A DNA stretch of 64,000 nucleotides from Paraspadella gotoi (lineage: Eukaryota > Animalia > Chaetognatha). The position numbers were made by a program, and so were the translations under genes. Of this stretch, positions 52,720-64,000 are shown in pieces. The stretch spans positions 1,084,958-1,148,957 of the forward strand of contig CM119269.1 in the NCBI GenBank assembly GCA_051294375.1. The letters are read 5' to 3'. Below the pieces are notes generated by a model. That model did no database searches. It saw only the letters and a program-made list of their open reading frames with translations, and was not told the origin of the DNA. The stretch's first letter is position 1, and every line of letters begins with the position of its first letter.

Positions 52720-53327
52720 GGATTATATGTATTGAATGCAGAAAATATAAATGGGATTATATGTATTGAATGCAGAAAATAGAAAAGGGATTATATGTAT
52801 TGAATGCAGAAAATAGAAAAAGGATTTGTGTAATGAATGCAGAAAATAGAAATGGGATTATATGTATTGAATGCAGAAAATAGAAAAGGGATTATATGTA
52901 TTGAATGTAGAAAATAGAAAAAGGATTATATGTAATGAATGCAGAAAATAGAAATGGGATTATATGTATTAAATGCAGAAATTAGAAAAGGGATTATATG
53001 TATTGAATGCAGAAAACAGAAAAGGGATTATATGTATTGAATGTAGAAAATAGAAAAAGGATTATATGTAATGAATGCAGAAAATAGAAATGGGATTATA
53101 TGTATTGAATGCAGAAAATAGAAAAGGGATTATATGTATTGAATGCAGAAAACAGAAAAGGGATTATATGTATTGAATGTAGAAAATAGAAAAAGGATTA
53201 TATGTAATGAATGCAGAAAATAGAAATGGGATTATATGTATTGAATGCAGAAAATAGAAAAGGGATTATATGTATTGAATGCAGAAAATAGAAAAGGGAT
53301 TATATGTATTGAATGCAGAAAATAGAA
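52720..53327 (+). repeat. 34-bp minisatellite, 18 copies, with higher-order variant pattern
   Basis: Consensus ggattatatgtattgaatgcagaaaatagaaaag; units counted directly. Confidence 0.95.
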
Positions 53328-53392
53328 CCAAATTGAGATTTAGGCAAAGAGAGAAATTATGAATGAGGATTCCTTTTTAAAATACTCAGTCG

Positions 53393-53429
<37 letters not shown>

Positions 53430-53626
53430 NNNNNNNNNNNNNNNNNNNNNNNNNNNNNNNNNNNNNNNNNNNNNNNNNNNNNNNNNNNNNNNNNNNNNNN
53501 NNNNNNNNNNNNNNNNNNNNNNNNNNNNNNNNNNNNNNNNNNNNNNNNNNNNNNNNNNNNNNNNNNNNNNNNNNNNNNNNNNNNNNNNNNNNNNNNNNNN
53601 NNNNNNNNNNNNNNNNNNNNNNNNNN

Positions 53627-53661
<35 letters not shown>

Positions 53662-54619
53662 GCGTAGGCGGAGCGTAACGCACAGTTTCATCTCTCCCCT
53701 TTGAGCGAAAGAGGTGATGGAAAGTCTCTCGAGGCAAAGGGTTCGTTTCTTCCCGATGGGTGAGGATTGCATGAGTCGCTCGCGCACAGCTTGATGCCTA
53801 TCTATATCTTATACGTATAATTTAAACGGGTTAGTGGAGCTAATGGAGTTTAAAAAAGGCCAAACGCTTTCATAGTTATTTCCAAAAAGTCAAATATATG
53901 ACGAGGGCGTCGCCGTCCGAATTCTTTTGTTTCAAACTTCCATTTATTAGCAACGACGTCAAAATTCAAAATTAAAAAGTTGACAACTTTTGTTTTTTTT
54001 CCTCTCATTAGTTTTTCACGCCTCCCACTTCATCCAGTCATTCACGGCCTCATTTATGACATTCTCTGCGCATTTTATGTCATTAATGACCTCATTTATG
54101 ACATCCATCAAAGCAGGTGCATAAAAAANNNNNNNNNNNNNNNNNNNNNNNNNAAAAAAACAAAAAACAAACCCCGAAACCGCACTCCGGGGCCGAGTTC
54201 TTTTTTTAAAAATTATTTTATTAAGTTAGTCAAAAATGTAAAAAAACCAATATTAAGACGGCCGATTATTGAATTTCCAGCTTAAAAGAATCATAGTTTT
54301 TTTTATAATGGCTAACTAGCCCTAGATGACATAATTTTTGAAAAAGATGTAAACTTAATCCTTATATTAACTTTTACCACGCAGGAAATACTGAAGTTCT
54401 GATTCTCAGGAATTCACAAAACAATAATTTTAAACCCATTTTGACATGTATAAATAAGGGTAGTACTCAGTATACAAAAATAAAAGCTGACTGGGCTACT
54501 GATATTTATTAAAAAAAAGAAAAAATAAACTACAGAGTTAGTATTCACTAATATGGAAGATAGGTTTACACGATTCATAACTGCTAAATTGAATTTCCCC
54601 AAACTTTCCACTTCACCCT

Positions 54620-55020
54620 AGCTGCAGCAGAACTAATTGCAATAGGATGGGTTACGGGTTGAGCGATCAATGTAATAGAATGGTGACAGGTGCAGAGATT
54701 CAATGTGACAATGAGAATGGTGACAGGTGCCAGAAACCCGAATGCAATAGGAAGTGTAGACACATTTGCAGCAACGATCAAAATTTGCAAAGATGGTTCA
54801 TCAGGTTGCATGAAAGGAAAATAATGCCAATAATGTTGGACAGGTTGCAAGAGACTAATGCAATCCAGACGGTGACAGGTGCAGGAGACCTAATGCAATT
54901 AAATGGTGAACAGGTGCAGAGACCAAGGCAATAAGCTGGTGGTAACAGGTGCAGAGACTAAGCAATAGATGGTGACAGGTGCAAAAAGACCAATGCAATA
55001 GATGTTAGATGACGGGTTAA
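54620..55020 (+). repeat. Degenerate ~30-bp tandem repeat (atggtgacaggtgcagagactaatgcaatag)
   Basis: gacaggtgca and aatgcaata recur about a dozen times with heavy indel noise. Confidence 0.75.
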
Positions 55021-55299
55021 AGAGACACATCAAAAAAAATCAGAGATTAACCTCATGATGGATGCAATTCTTTTTGATCATTCTAAATGTTCTAAGTGTT
55101 CCTGTCCCCATCCTGTTTGCTCAAATGTTGTTTCCATCTCCCCACTTATTGCTCTGTCTACCCTCATCAAACTCTGCCGCCCGTCCTGTATGGAGGCTCC
55201 CCATCTTCCAGCTTCCATCTCCATCTCTCATTCTGAGTCCCCATCTGTTCGCTCGTCAATTTCTACTTTTGTTCTTCTTTTTGTGTACTAAGTTATAAC

Positions 55300-55920
55300 A
55301 AATAGACTCACTATGTATGTTATCTAACTAGCTATGTTTACACTCTAGGAAGTCTCACTAGTTTTAGTCCACCTACTTAGTTTTACTACTTTATGTGTTT
55401 AGTCTGAGCACTAGGAGTACACCTAGTTAGTACCACTAGGTAGTACACCTCAGTGTAGTTTACACATGCTTCCCTATCTAGTTGTATGAATCACTACTAG
55501 GTGAGCTTACACTTCTCTCAAGTACACTAGTAGACACTAAGGAGTTCCTCACTAGCTCTAGTCTATCCTACTTCAGTGCTCACGCTTCTCACACTATGCA
55601 GTTCACTAGTAGGCTTACACTCTAGCTGGAGTTAGCACTAGTAGCTACTACTAGCTAGCCTCTATACACCCTTCCAGGCTACCATAGAGTACACTAGGAG
55701 TCACTAGTAGTTATAACTAGTCTTTAATCACCTGTAAGAGTGCTTCTCATCTTCTTTCACCAAACCTCGTTCCTCACCCCGAGTGGGAATAATATGCAAA
55801 GGGTAGTCTATTACACTAGGAAGCTATCCACTAGTAGTAACACTAGATAAGTATCACTCATAATAAAAGTAACAACTAGGAGTTTACTTTAGTAGTATAC
55901 ACTTGCGAGTACAACTAGTT
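55300..55920 (+). repeat. Highly degenerate CACTAG/AGTACAC-rich tandem repeat, probably a noisy read of a satellite
   Basis: Recurrent cactag, tacac and ggagt words. Confidence 0.55.
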
Positions 55921-58456
55921 ATATCTCGTTACGACAAAGTCGCCTGTAAACTTCTCTATTCAAACGGTGACCTTCTCCCGCCGTTCCTCTTTCTCTATCT
56001 ATCTATCTATGCTACTACTTCTCTATCTCTTGTGCGAGTATAGACTCAATCTCTCTTATCTCTCCTCCTCTCCCTATCTTTTCCTCTTGTTTTTTTTTCT
56101 CTCTCTCTCTCTTTCTCCTCTCTCTTCCACCTCTCTCTTCTTTCGTCTTTTACTCTCTCCCCATTTTTCTCCCTTTCTCTTTTCCCTTTCTTCTCCTCTG
56201 TCTCTATCATGTCTCAAATTACCAGTTTAACTAAAATCCTGTTCATTTCTCATTTACCTAAGCATTTCATATACCATTACTATAACATTCTATATATCCT
56301 AAAATCCACCTACGTCAGGTCCATCCGATCGGTAGTCCAATCGCGAGCGTGAAATACTTAAGTTCATTTCACACCCTCTTTTTCTCTTTCTCCCCTCTCC
56401 TACTCTCTCTTCTCCTCTCTCTCTCTCTCTTTCCTCTCTCCTCTCTCTCTCTCTCTCTCTCCCTTTCCTTCCACTCACCCTGTGGACTCCCTCTTCTTTG
56501 GCCGTTGAGGTCGTGTTCACAGACGCAGCCCTCGATGCAAACCAATACGCCGGTCGACGTAGAGCGCCTTCGTTGTCGAAGTAAATCAGCCATGTTTTTG
56601 ATTTACAAACCAAACCTGAGAAAAAGGAAACATGCCGTGTTTTGAACAAACAATATAACTTCTTGTCGTACCAATCTCTCAATACCCTCTTCTCTCCCAT
56701 CGCCGGTCAGGTTATAAAAACCCAAACATAAATGTGTCCAACCAAAACATGACCCATTCTCAGTTTTCCATTATTTAACTGAGGCTGCCCAACTTATGAG
56801 ACAATTAAAGATGCTTGGGATTTCCTACTATGGACTCCTTACAATGCGCTCTACCAATACTCCCGTCGTTAGCTCACGAATTATGACAGTCACCGGATCC
56901 CACAGGCTCCACCAAGCCATACCATCTTGAGCTCGATCATTTATTGCTGTCACAATGATTATATTCATATTAAATATTGGCCATCGGTAAAGTTTAGAAT
57001 CTTTAGAAATATTGTCACGGAAATTGTCTCCCCCGGACAAAACTCTTTCGCCTTAAGCTCTTACCCCATTTGAACTACCCTCTCTGTTACGCTGTCACCG
57101 GGCATCCTTCTAAACTAGAGTGCCTCCATAAGCTAACAATACACATCTGAAGTTAGCTCATAAATAAGCTTGGAAGTTCTAATCTTACAGGATTCTTGCC
57201 AAAGCCCTACCATCTGAGCTAGCACTGTGTAAGCGCTTGGACACCGGGGCGTGGACGACGGCCGGTCGGCGCCCCCTTCTGAGAGAGCCGCAGATGGAGC
57301 CTCCGTGCTTCCGCACCCGCGCGCGCGTCTAGGCTCGCCATATGAAGCTGTTCTCGTCCTAACCGCGAGTGCACTTCTGCATTCCTCGCCACCTCTGTAT
57401 GGACCGCCCATACAGATGGCAGAGCCGTGTAACATAATATTGGTCCTTGTTCTTGGTTTATTAGACCGTGAAAAAAAGAAGTTGGAGGCTTTCACATATA
57501 AATTTCATATCTTCTTTAAATTTTTAATCATTATTGCTAAACTTAGTTTATGATAAGTGACAAGTGTAAGGACCTTGCAAAGCTTTTTCAACAAGGACTT
57601 TTAATCTTGGATCGGTTTTAGCTAGTGGAAACAAGAAAAAGGTGAGGTGCGCGCGCTAACGAGAATCTCCTTCATTCTGTTACTCTGCTTCCTTTCACTT
57701 TAAAGTTTGCACGACAAAGTCAAGCTCCACTTCTCTTTTAAATCACTATTTAGCCGATCGACTTCAAACTCGGATATCGTTCAGTTGCCTCCGTTTCAAA
57801 CCGATCGGCCGACAAAGAAAACTTGAAAATCGAAGTGGACTCGGGAGAGAGATGAGCGCGGAATTATTTTTTCGCCCATCCTTTTCATTTCCTTTTCATT
57901 TCCTTTGAATTGTTTTTACTTTCTCTTTTCCCCTTTTTCTTTTTTCTGCCTTTCATGCTTCCCTTTGTACTCTGCTTCAATTCTTTTTCTTTCTCTCCCT
58001 CTCTCTTGCTCGCTCGCTCTCTCTCTCTCGCTCTCTCGCTCTCTCTCATCCCCAAACTCGTTCCTCACCCGAAGTGGGAATAATGCAGGCTTTGCCAAAC
58101 TAAAAAAATTAGATGTAAACGACTTGGAGCGAAGATTCTCTCTCTCTCTCTCTCTCNNNNNNNNNNNNNNNNNNNNNNNNNNNNNNNNNNNNNNNNNNNN
58201 NNNNNNNNNNNNNNNNNNNNNNNNNNNNNNNNNNNNNNNNNNNNNNNNNNNNNNNNNNNNNNNNNNNNNNNNNNNNNNNNNNNNNNNNNNNNNNNNNNNN
58301 NNNNNNNNNNNNNNNNNNNNNNNNNNNNNNNNNNNNNNNNNNNNNNNGCGTTACAATTTCATTTCTAGAAGAAATTGTTTCTCTCTCTCCTTCCTCGCCA
58401 AAAAAATATTCTATGCATATCCGACTTCTTTTCCTTCCTTCCCATATTAAAATATG

Positions 58457-58595
58457 GCGTCTCGTTTCCCTTTCCTCTCTTTTTCTTTTTTCTTAATAGT
58501 GCGTCTCGTTTCCCTTTCCTCTCTTTTTATTTTCTCTTAATAGTGCCTCTTGTTTCCCTTTCCTCTCTTTTTATTTTCTCTTAATAGTGCCTCTC
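58457..58595 (+). repeat. 44-bp tandem repeat, ~3 copies
   Basis: gcgtctcgtttccctttcctctcttttt...ttaatagt starts at 58457, 58501 and 58545. Confidence 0.85.
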
Positions 58596-58957
58596 CTTTT
58601 TCTCTTTTTTTCTAATGTTTCTCTTCATTCGATCTTCTGTAGTATCTCTTTTTTATTTTCTTACATTTTTTAAAAATTATAACTTCTCTTCCTTTCCTCG
58701 ATTCTTTCATCATTTATCCCATCTCTTTTTCCTCCCTTTATTTCTCTTCTAATAAATCATCCTATTTTACTTTTCTCCTACTCTTTCTCCTCTCATAATA
58801 TCTCATATTCTTTTTCTCTCAATACATCGTAAGATAAGCAAAGAGAAGCGTTAAATTCTTCTCTTATCTCGGCGCATCTCCCACGACGACGGATTTGGGT
58901 TCAAGGTCGAACTCTTATTGCGTCGCCTTCGCCTCGATATCGGGCCGATGCGTCCCG

Positions 58958-59803
58958 CCCTCTATCGGGCCTCACCCGATCCGACACGCCCCGTCGCCCT
59001 TACCCTCTATCGGGCCTCACCCAATCCGACNNNNNNNNNNNNNNNNNNNNNNNNNNNNNNNNNNNNNNNNNNNNNNNNNNNNNNNNNNNNNNNNNNNNNN
59101 NNNNNNNNNNNNNNNNNNNNNNNNNNNNNNNNNNNNNNNNNNNNNNNNNNNNNNNNNNNNNNNNNNNNNNNNNNNNNNNNNNNNNNNNNNNNNNNNNNNN
59201 NNNNNNNNNNNNNNNNNNNNNNNNNNNNNNNNNNNNNNNNNNNNNNNNNNNNNNNNNNNNNNNNNNNNNNNNNNNNNNNNNNNNNNNNNNNNNNNNNNNN
59301 NNNNNNNNNNNNNNNNNNNNNNNNNNNNNNNNNNNNNNNNNNNNNNNNNNNNNNNNNNNNNNNNNNNNNNNNNNNNNNNNNNNNNNNNNNNNNNNNNNNN
59401 NNNNNNNNNNNNNNNNNNNNNNNNNNNNNNNNNNNNNNNNNNNNNNNNNNNNNNNNNNNNNNNNNNNNNNNNNNNNNNNNNNNNNNNNNNNNNNNNNNNN
59501 NNNNNNNNNNNNNNNNNNNNNNNNNNNNNNNNNNNNNNNNNNNNNNNNNNNNNNNNNNNNNNNNNNNNNNNNNNNNNNNNNNNNNNNNNNNNNNNNNNNN
59601 NNNNNNNNNNNNNNNNNNNNNNNNNNNNNNNNNNNNNNNNNNNNNNNNNNNNNNNNNNNNNNNNNNNNNNNNNNNNNNNNNNNNNNNNNNNNNNNNNNNN
59701 NNNNNNNNNNNNNNNNNNNNNNNNNNNNNNNNNNNNNNNNNNNNNNNNNNNNNNNNNNNNNNNNNNNNGGGCCTCACCCGATCCGACACGCCCCGTCGCC
59801 CCT
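58958..59803 (+). repeat. 45-bp GC-rich minisatellite spanning an N gap
   Basis: Unit ccctctatcgggcctcacccgatccgacacgccccgtcgccctta on both sides of gap 59031-59768. Confidence 0.8.
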
Positions 59804-60817
59804 GTCCTCGGGCTTTGCCCGTCGCACTCGAATCGCCTTCCCATCTTGTCGCGGCCGCACGAACCCACCCAAGTCATCTAAACCCCGACCAAGCGACGTC
59901 TCAGTCAGTTTCGTAAAGCAAAATTAGCGNNNNNNNNNNNNNNNNNNNNNNNNNTCCATTTCCCCTCTCCCTCCCTTTCCCCCCTCTCCCCTCCCTTTCC
60001 CCCCAATTAAATCCCGGGATTCGGTAACGAGAACGAATCGTAAAAAAGTCGGTCTCTTTTTTGACAAAAAAAAAAAACCGAAGGTGAATTCCGGGGTGAT
60101 TCTGGTGATTGAGGGTGATTGAGGGTGATTAGGGCGGGACTTTTCCTCTCGTTCTGGAGTACCGGGAATGCAAAGAGATGTCTTGCTTCACCCCCGGGAT
60201 GAGCAAGATGTGGGGCTTCGTCAGTTGATTGTTTGCCATCTAAACAGCTCATTTATCAATTTTATTCCGCGTGGTTGTTTTGTTTTTTTTTTTGTTTGAT
60301 TTTTTAGCTAACTAAGAAGAATATAGAAAATGGGTAAATTTTCGTGAACCTAAAAGGAGTTTTTCGGGTAGAGTGGATCATATCCAATAAAGTTCAATCT
60401 CATGTTTTTTAAATTTCATTAAAACAAATTAAATTATTCTTGTCATTGAGTTTTTTTGAATTTTTACTTAAACTTAATACATACATTAACAGGCAATTTG
60501 AACGATTTATGTTTTTTTAAATCTTACTTTTAGTAAAATTTAAAAAAAAAATATTTAAAAAAACTAGGCCGATCGCAGTTTTGAGTTTTATTACCGACGC
60601 ACCGCCGGGCGAAAGGCGTGCCAAGTTTGACGTCTGTCTCGTCAGTCGTGTTCAACGAAGACAAAAAGGGAAAAGGAGAGAGAGAGAGAGAGGAAGAGAG
60701 AAGAGAGAGAGAGAGAGACTGATGGGAGTAAAAAATCGGGGAAAAACGACGAAGATTAAAATTAACCTGGGTTTTTTCTCCTTCCATGTAAATCCCCGGG
60801 TGAAAAACCGAAGGGTC

Positions 60818-61150
60818 TTTTTTTCTGAGTTTTTGCTGGAGCAGAAGTGGGGGTCCTTTTTTTCCTGTTTTTTGCAAAAAGAAGAGCAGAAGTTTCTTTT
60901 TTTTCTGTTTTTTTGCTGGAGCAGAAGTTCTTCTTCTTTTTTCTGTTTTTTGCTGGTAGGCACGAAGTTTTTTTTTTCTTCTGCCTTTTGCCTGGAGCAG
61001 CAAAGTTTCTTTTTTTTCTGCTTTTGGCTGGAGGCAGAAGTTCCTTTTTTTATGTTTTGTGGAGCAAGAAGTTTCTTTTTTTTATGTTTTTGCTGGAGCA
61101 GAAGTTTCCTTTTTTCTGCTTTTGTGGAGCAGAGGGTTTATTTTTTTTTT
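60818..61150 (+). repeat. Degenerate ~35-40 bp tandem repeat (tttttgctggagcagaagtttctttttttctg)
   Basis: gctggagcagaag recurs about 9 times. Confidence 0.8.
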
Positions 61151-61909
61151 TCCTTTTTTATCAGAAGCTGGTAGGATTCATATAGAGCATTTATATCATT
61201 ATTATTTATTTCATTTCGTGTGATTTCCTCTCAGTTTTGCCGAAAAAATAAAAATGGTTAATTCATTTTAATTTACTCCATACATTTCCGTTTTATTAAT
61301 TTTTTTTTTTCCTTTTTTGGGCTGGAGCAATATTTCTAATTCGCTGGAAGCTTAATTTCCTTTGGCTGGAGTCGATTCGTTTTTGACGGCCTATATAGAT
61401 TATATACAACGAGAATCCAATCGGACGTTTGAAAAGAAAAAAAAAAGAAATTCAACAGATTCGATTTTTTGATCGCAAAAAAGGAAAAAAAATAGGGAAT
61501 GAATAATTCGGAGAAAATTTGAGCCAAAACTCCCCAAAAGTCGAACTCGAAACTTTTTCGTTTCTAAAATTCTCAAAGAAATGTCTACTCGTTCTTGCCT
61601 CGATTTTTCCATCCGCCATCTTTTTATCCTTTCCGTCATTTGCCCATCGTTTATCGCTCCATCAATCCTTTACATTTCCGTTTTTAATTCCTTCACTTTT
61701 CGCTCCAGTTTAGTGATACAATCTTACCAACTTATATCAAATAACAAATCGGGCTCTAATCAGAGAGAGGTATATACATTGCATTACTTATTTAAATATT
61801 GAAAATTTATAAGTCTATTCTTAGTGACTATATCCGCTTTTTCCTTTACTTTTCACCTCCTCCCTATTGTATTTTTTCCCTGCAATCTTGCCGACCCCCA
61901 CTCCCACCT

Positions 61910-64000
61910 TTTTTCCAATTCCGCCCATCTCCTCTTATCACACCGGTTTTAGTTTTTCCACTCGGGCTCCTTGTTATTGTTCCGCAACATCTTTTTTTAT
62001 TTTAACGTCTTTTGTTTCCAACCGGAAAAGACCGATTTACGCCCATCTATCATTTGTGGCCGAATTTCGTGACCGTCAGAGTGTATTGTTGGTTGTGGGC
62101 AGGCTCATTTCGGGTTCGCGACGTCTTCGGGATGAAAACTAGAATTTTTTTTTGTTCTGGGTTTCTCTTGGAGTTAAATAATTTCCGTTTCCTCTCTCAA
62201 TATTATTAATGTCTTATTGATAATTTTAATAGAAAATAGGTCACCAATATAAAATTTCCCATCTTCATTTAATAATCAGCTACATTTATTTTTATTCATT
62301 AAAGTACTACGAGTTCTAACACGAACATTAACAAATGCTTTATGTTTCGACGCAAGACATTCGATAAAAACCAAACGTCTTCCGAACAGTCTCGTTTTTC
62401 AGACGCCATATTTTTTTTCTTTTCGTTCTATTTAAATTTAAACTTCCGTTTTTGTTTCATAAGCCGATGATGTAAATATTGTGATGTGCAAACGCCTTTG
62501 AACGCCAAACGTAAAATGAGGCCTCCCCTCTATCTCGCTCTCCAAAACCTCTCTGTCTCTTTCATTCACGCGCTCCCTCTCTCCCTTCTCCCGTCTCGCC
62601 TCCCTCTCTCTGTCTCTCTCTCTCTACTTCAGCTCTCTCTCTTGCTCGTCAGATATGATTTTTTTGGGCGTTTTTCTTTCCGCGACGCCGAGTATTTCGG
62701 AGGTTTCTATTGAGAATTGGGGCAGTGGCATTAAAGAGATTACAGACCAAAACGAACGTCTCAGAATTTTTCCAGTTTCGGGCTGGTGGAGCTCGAGAGA
62801 ATCCAGGGGGGAGGCAGTAAGCAAGCGGGAAGGTCGATTATAGCGTCCATAACCGCGGGCGCTCGAGAGATTCGTGGAGCGTGCGATGTCTCAGGAGAGA
62901 AGGACGATTGGTGCGTAGAGCTCCAGAGCGCGCGGAGTGAGTGTCTCTATCGCTTACCTGTGCTAGTCGCATCGTGAGGAAGGCGTGCGGGCAGGACCCG
63001 AAGAGCAAAAAGGAATGAGCACTGCGGAGTATAAGTCGGCACTCGTATTACGTGACAGAGTTGGATCCGAAAAAAAGAGAGAAGAGAGAGGAGAGAGAGA
63101 GAGAGAGAAGAGAAGAGAAGAGAGAAATAAAAATAAATATTAACATATAAAAGATACAGAATTTTGTAATCTCTTAGACCACCAACTGCAATTCTCAATA
63201 GAAACTCCGATACTCGCCGTCGGACGCAAAATAATCAATATCTGAGAAGAGAGAGAAGAGAGAGAGTGAGAGAGAGAGAGGAGAAGAGAGAGAGGGAGAG
63301 GGAGAGAGGGAGAGAGGGAGCGTGAATGAAAGAGACAGACGAGGTTTTGGAGAGCGAGATAGAGGGAGGCCTCATTACGTTTTGGCGTCAAAGGGTTTGC
63401 ACATCACAATATTACATCATCGCTTATGAAACAAAAACGGAAGTTAAATTTAAATAGAACGAAAAGAAAAAAAATATGGCGTCTGAAAAACGAGACTGTT
63501 CGGAAGACGTTTGGTTTTTTATCGAATGTCTTGGCGTCGACATAACATAAACATTGTTAATGTTGTGTTTTGTGAGTAACTCATGCGTAGTTTAATTGTA
63601 ATAAAAATAAAGATAGCTTATTTATTAAATGAATGGATAATTTTTATATTGGTTGTACCAATTTCATATTATCAATAAACATTAATAAATATTGAGAAAC
63701 GGAAATTATTTTAACTCCAAGAGAAACCCAGAACAAAAAAAAAATTCTAGTTTCATCCCGAAGACGGTCGCGAACCCGTGACCTCCCAACAACAACCACG
63801 GCTGACGGCTCACGAACGATTCGGCACAAAGACAGATGGCGTAATCGTCTTCGGTAATTGGAACAAAAGACGTTTGACTCTTAAAAAAAAAGATTGGGAC
63901 AATAACAAGGAGCCTTTCATATGTAAATGCGGCCGAGTGGAAGAACCATATTTTTTATGGGCCTTGGGGGAAAAGAGGGAGATGGGGCGAATTGGAAAAA
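61910..64000. repeat. Fold-back inverted duplication (left arm ~61910-62747, right arm ~63163-64000)
   Basis: For example cgacgccgagtatttcggaggtttctattgagaatt (~62683-62718) and gtcttccgaacagtctcgtttttcagacgccat (~62377-62409) reappear reverse-complemented. The right arm degrades with distance; the spacer is low quality. Confidence 0.9.

Noticed and set aside
52720-53327. CRISPR array
   Set aside because: Units abut directly with no unique spacers, no cas genes are present, and the context is eukaryotic.

Overview
Eukaryotic, probably invertebrate, scaffold of poor assembly quality. It is dominated by (GA/TC)n, (GAC/GTC)n and other simple repeats, several minisatellites, many N gaps (seven exactly 25 nt long) and indel-rich direct and inverted duplicates that look like noisy long reads patched into gaps. 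Most ORFs in the track are repeat or gap artefacts. The one well-supported coding feature is a minus-strand exon (44317-44543) encoding a signal peptide plus the first half of an Ig V-type domain, lachesin/amalgam-like. A possible noisy multi-exon plus-strand gene lies at 39.1-42.5 kb. The most unusual part is a ~6.5 kb compositionally foreign island (~11170-17676). It has no microsatellites and carries what appears to be a single frameshift-riddled ~5.5 kb minus-strand coding region ending at TGA 12112-12114. Next to that is a ~0.9 kb region of hairpins that fold better on the opposite strand. Weak but co-linear motif remnants suggest a negative-strand RNA virus L (polymerase) endogenous element. 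This is unconfirmed, and a chimeric or contaminant read is a real alternative. No rRNA, intact tRNA or CRISPR array was seen.
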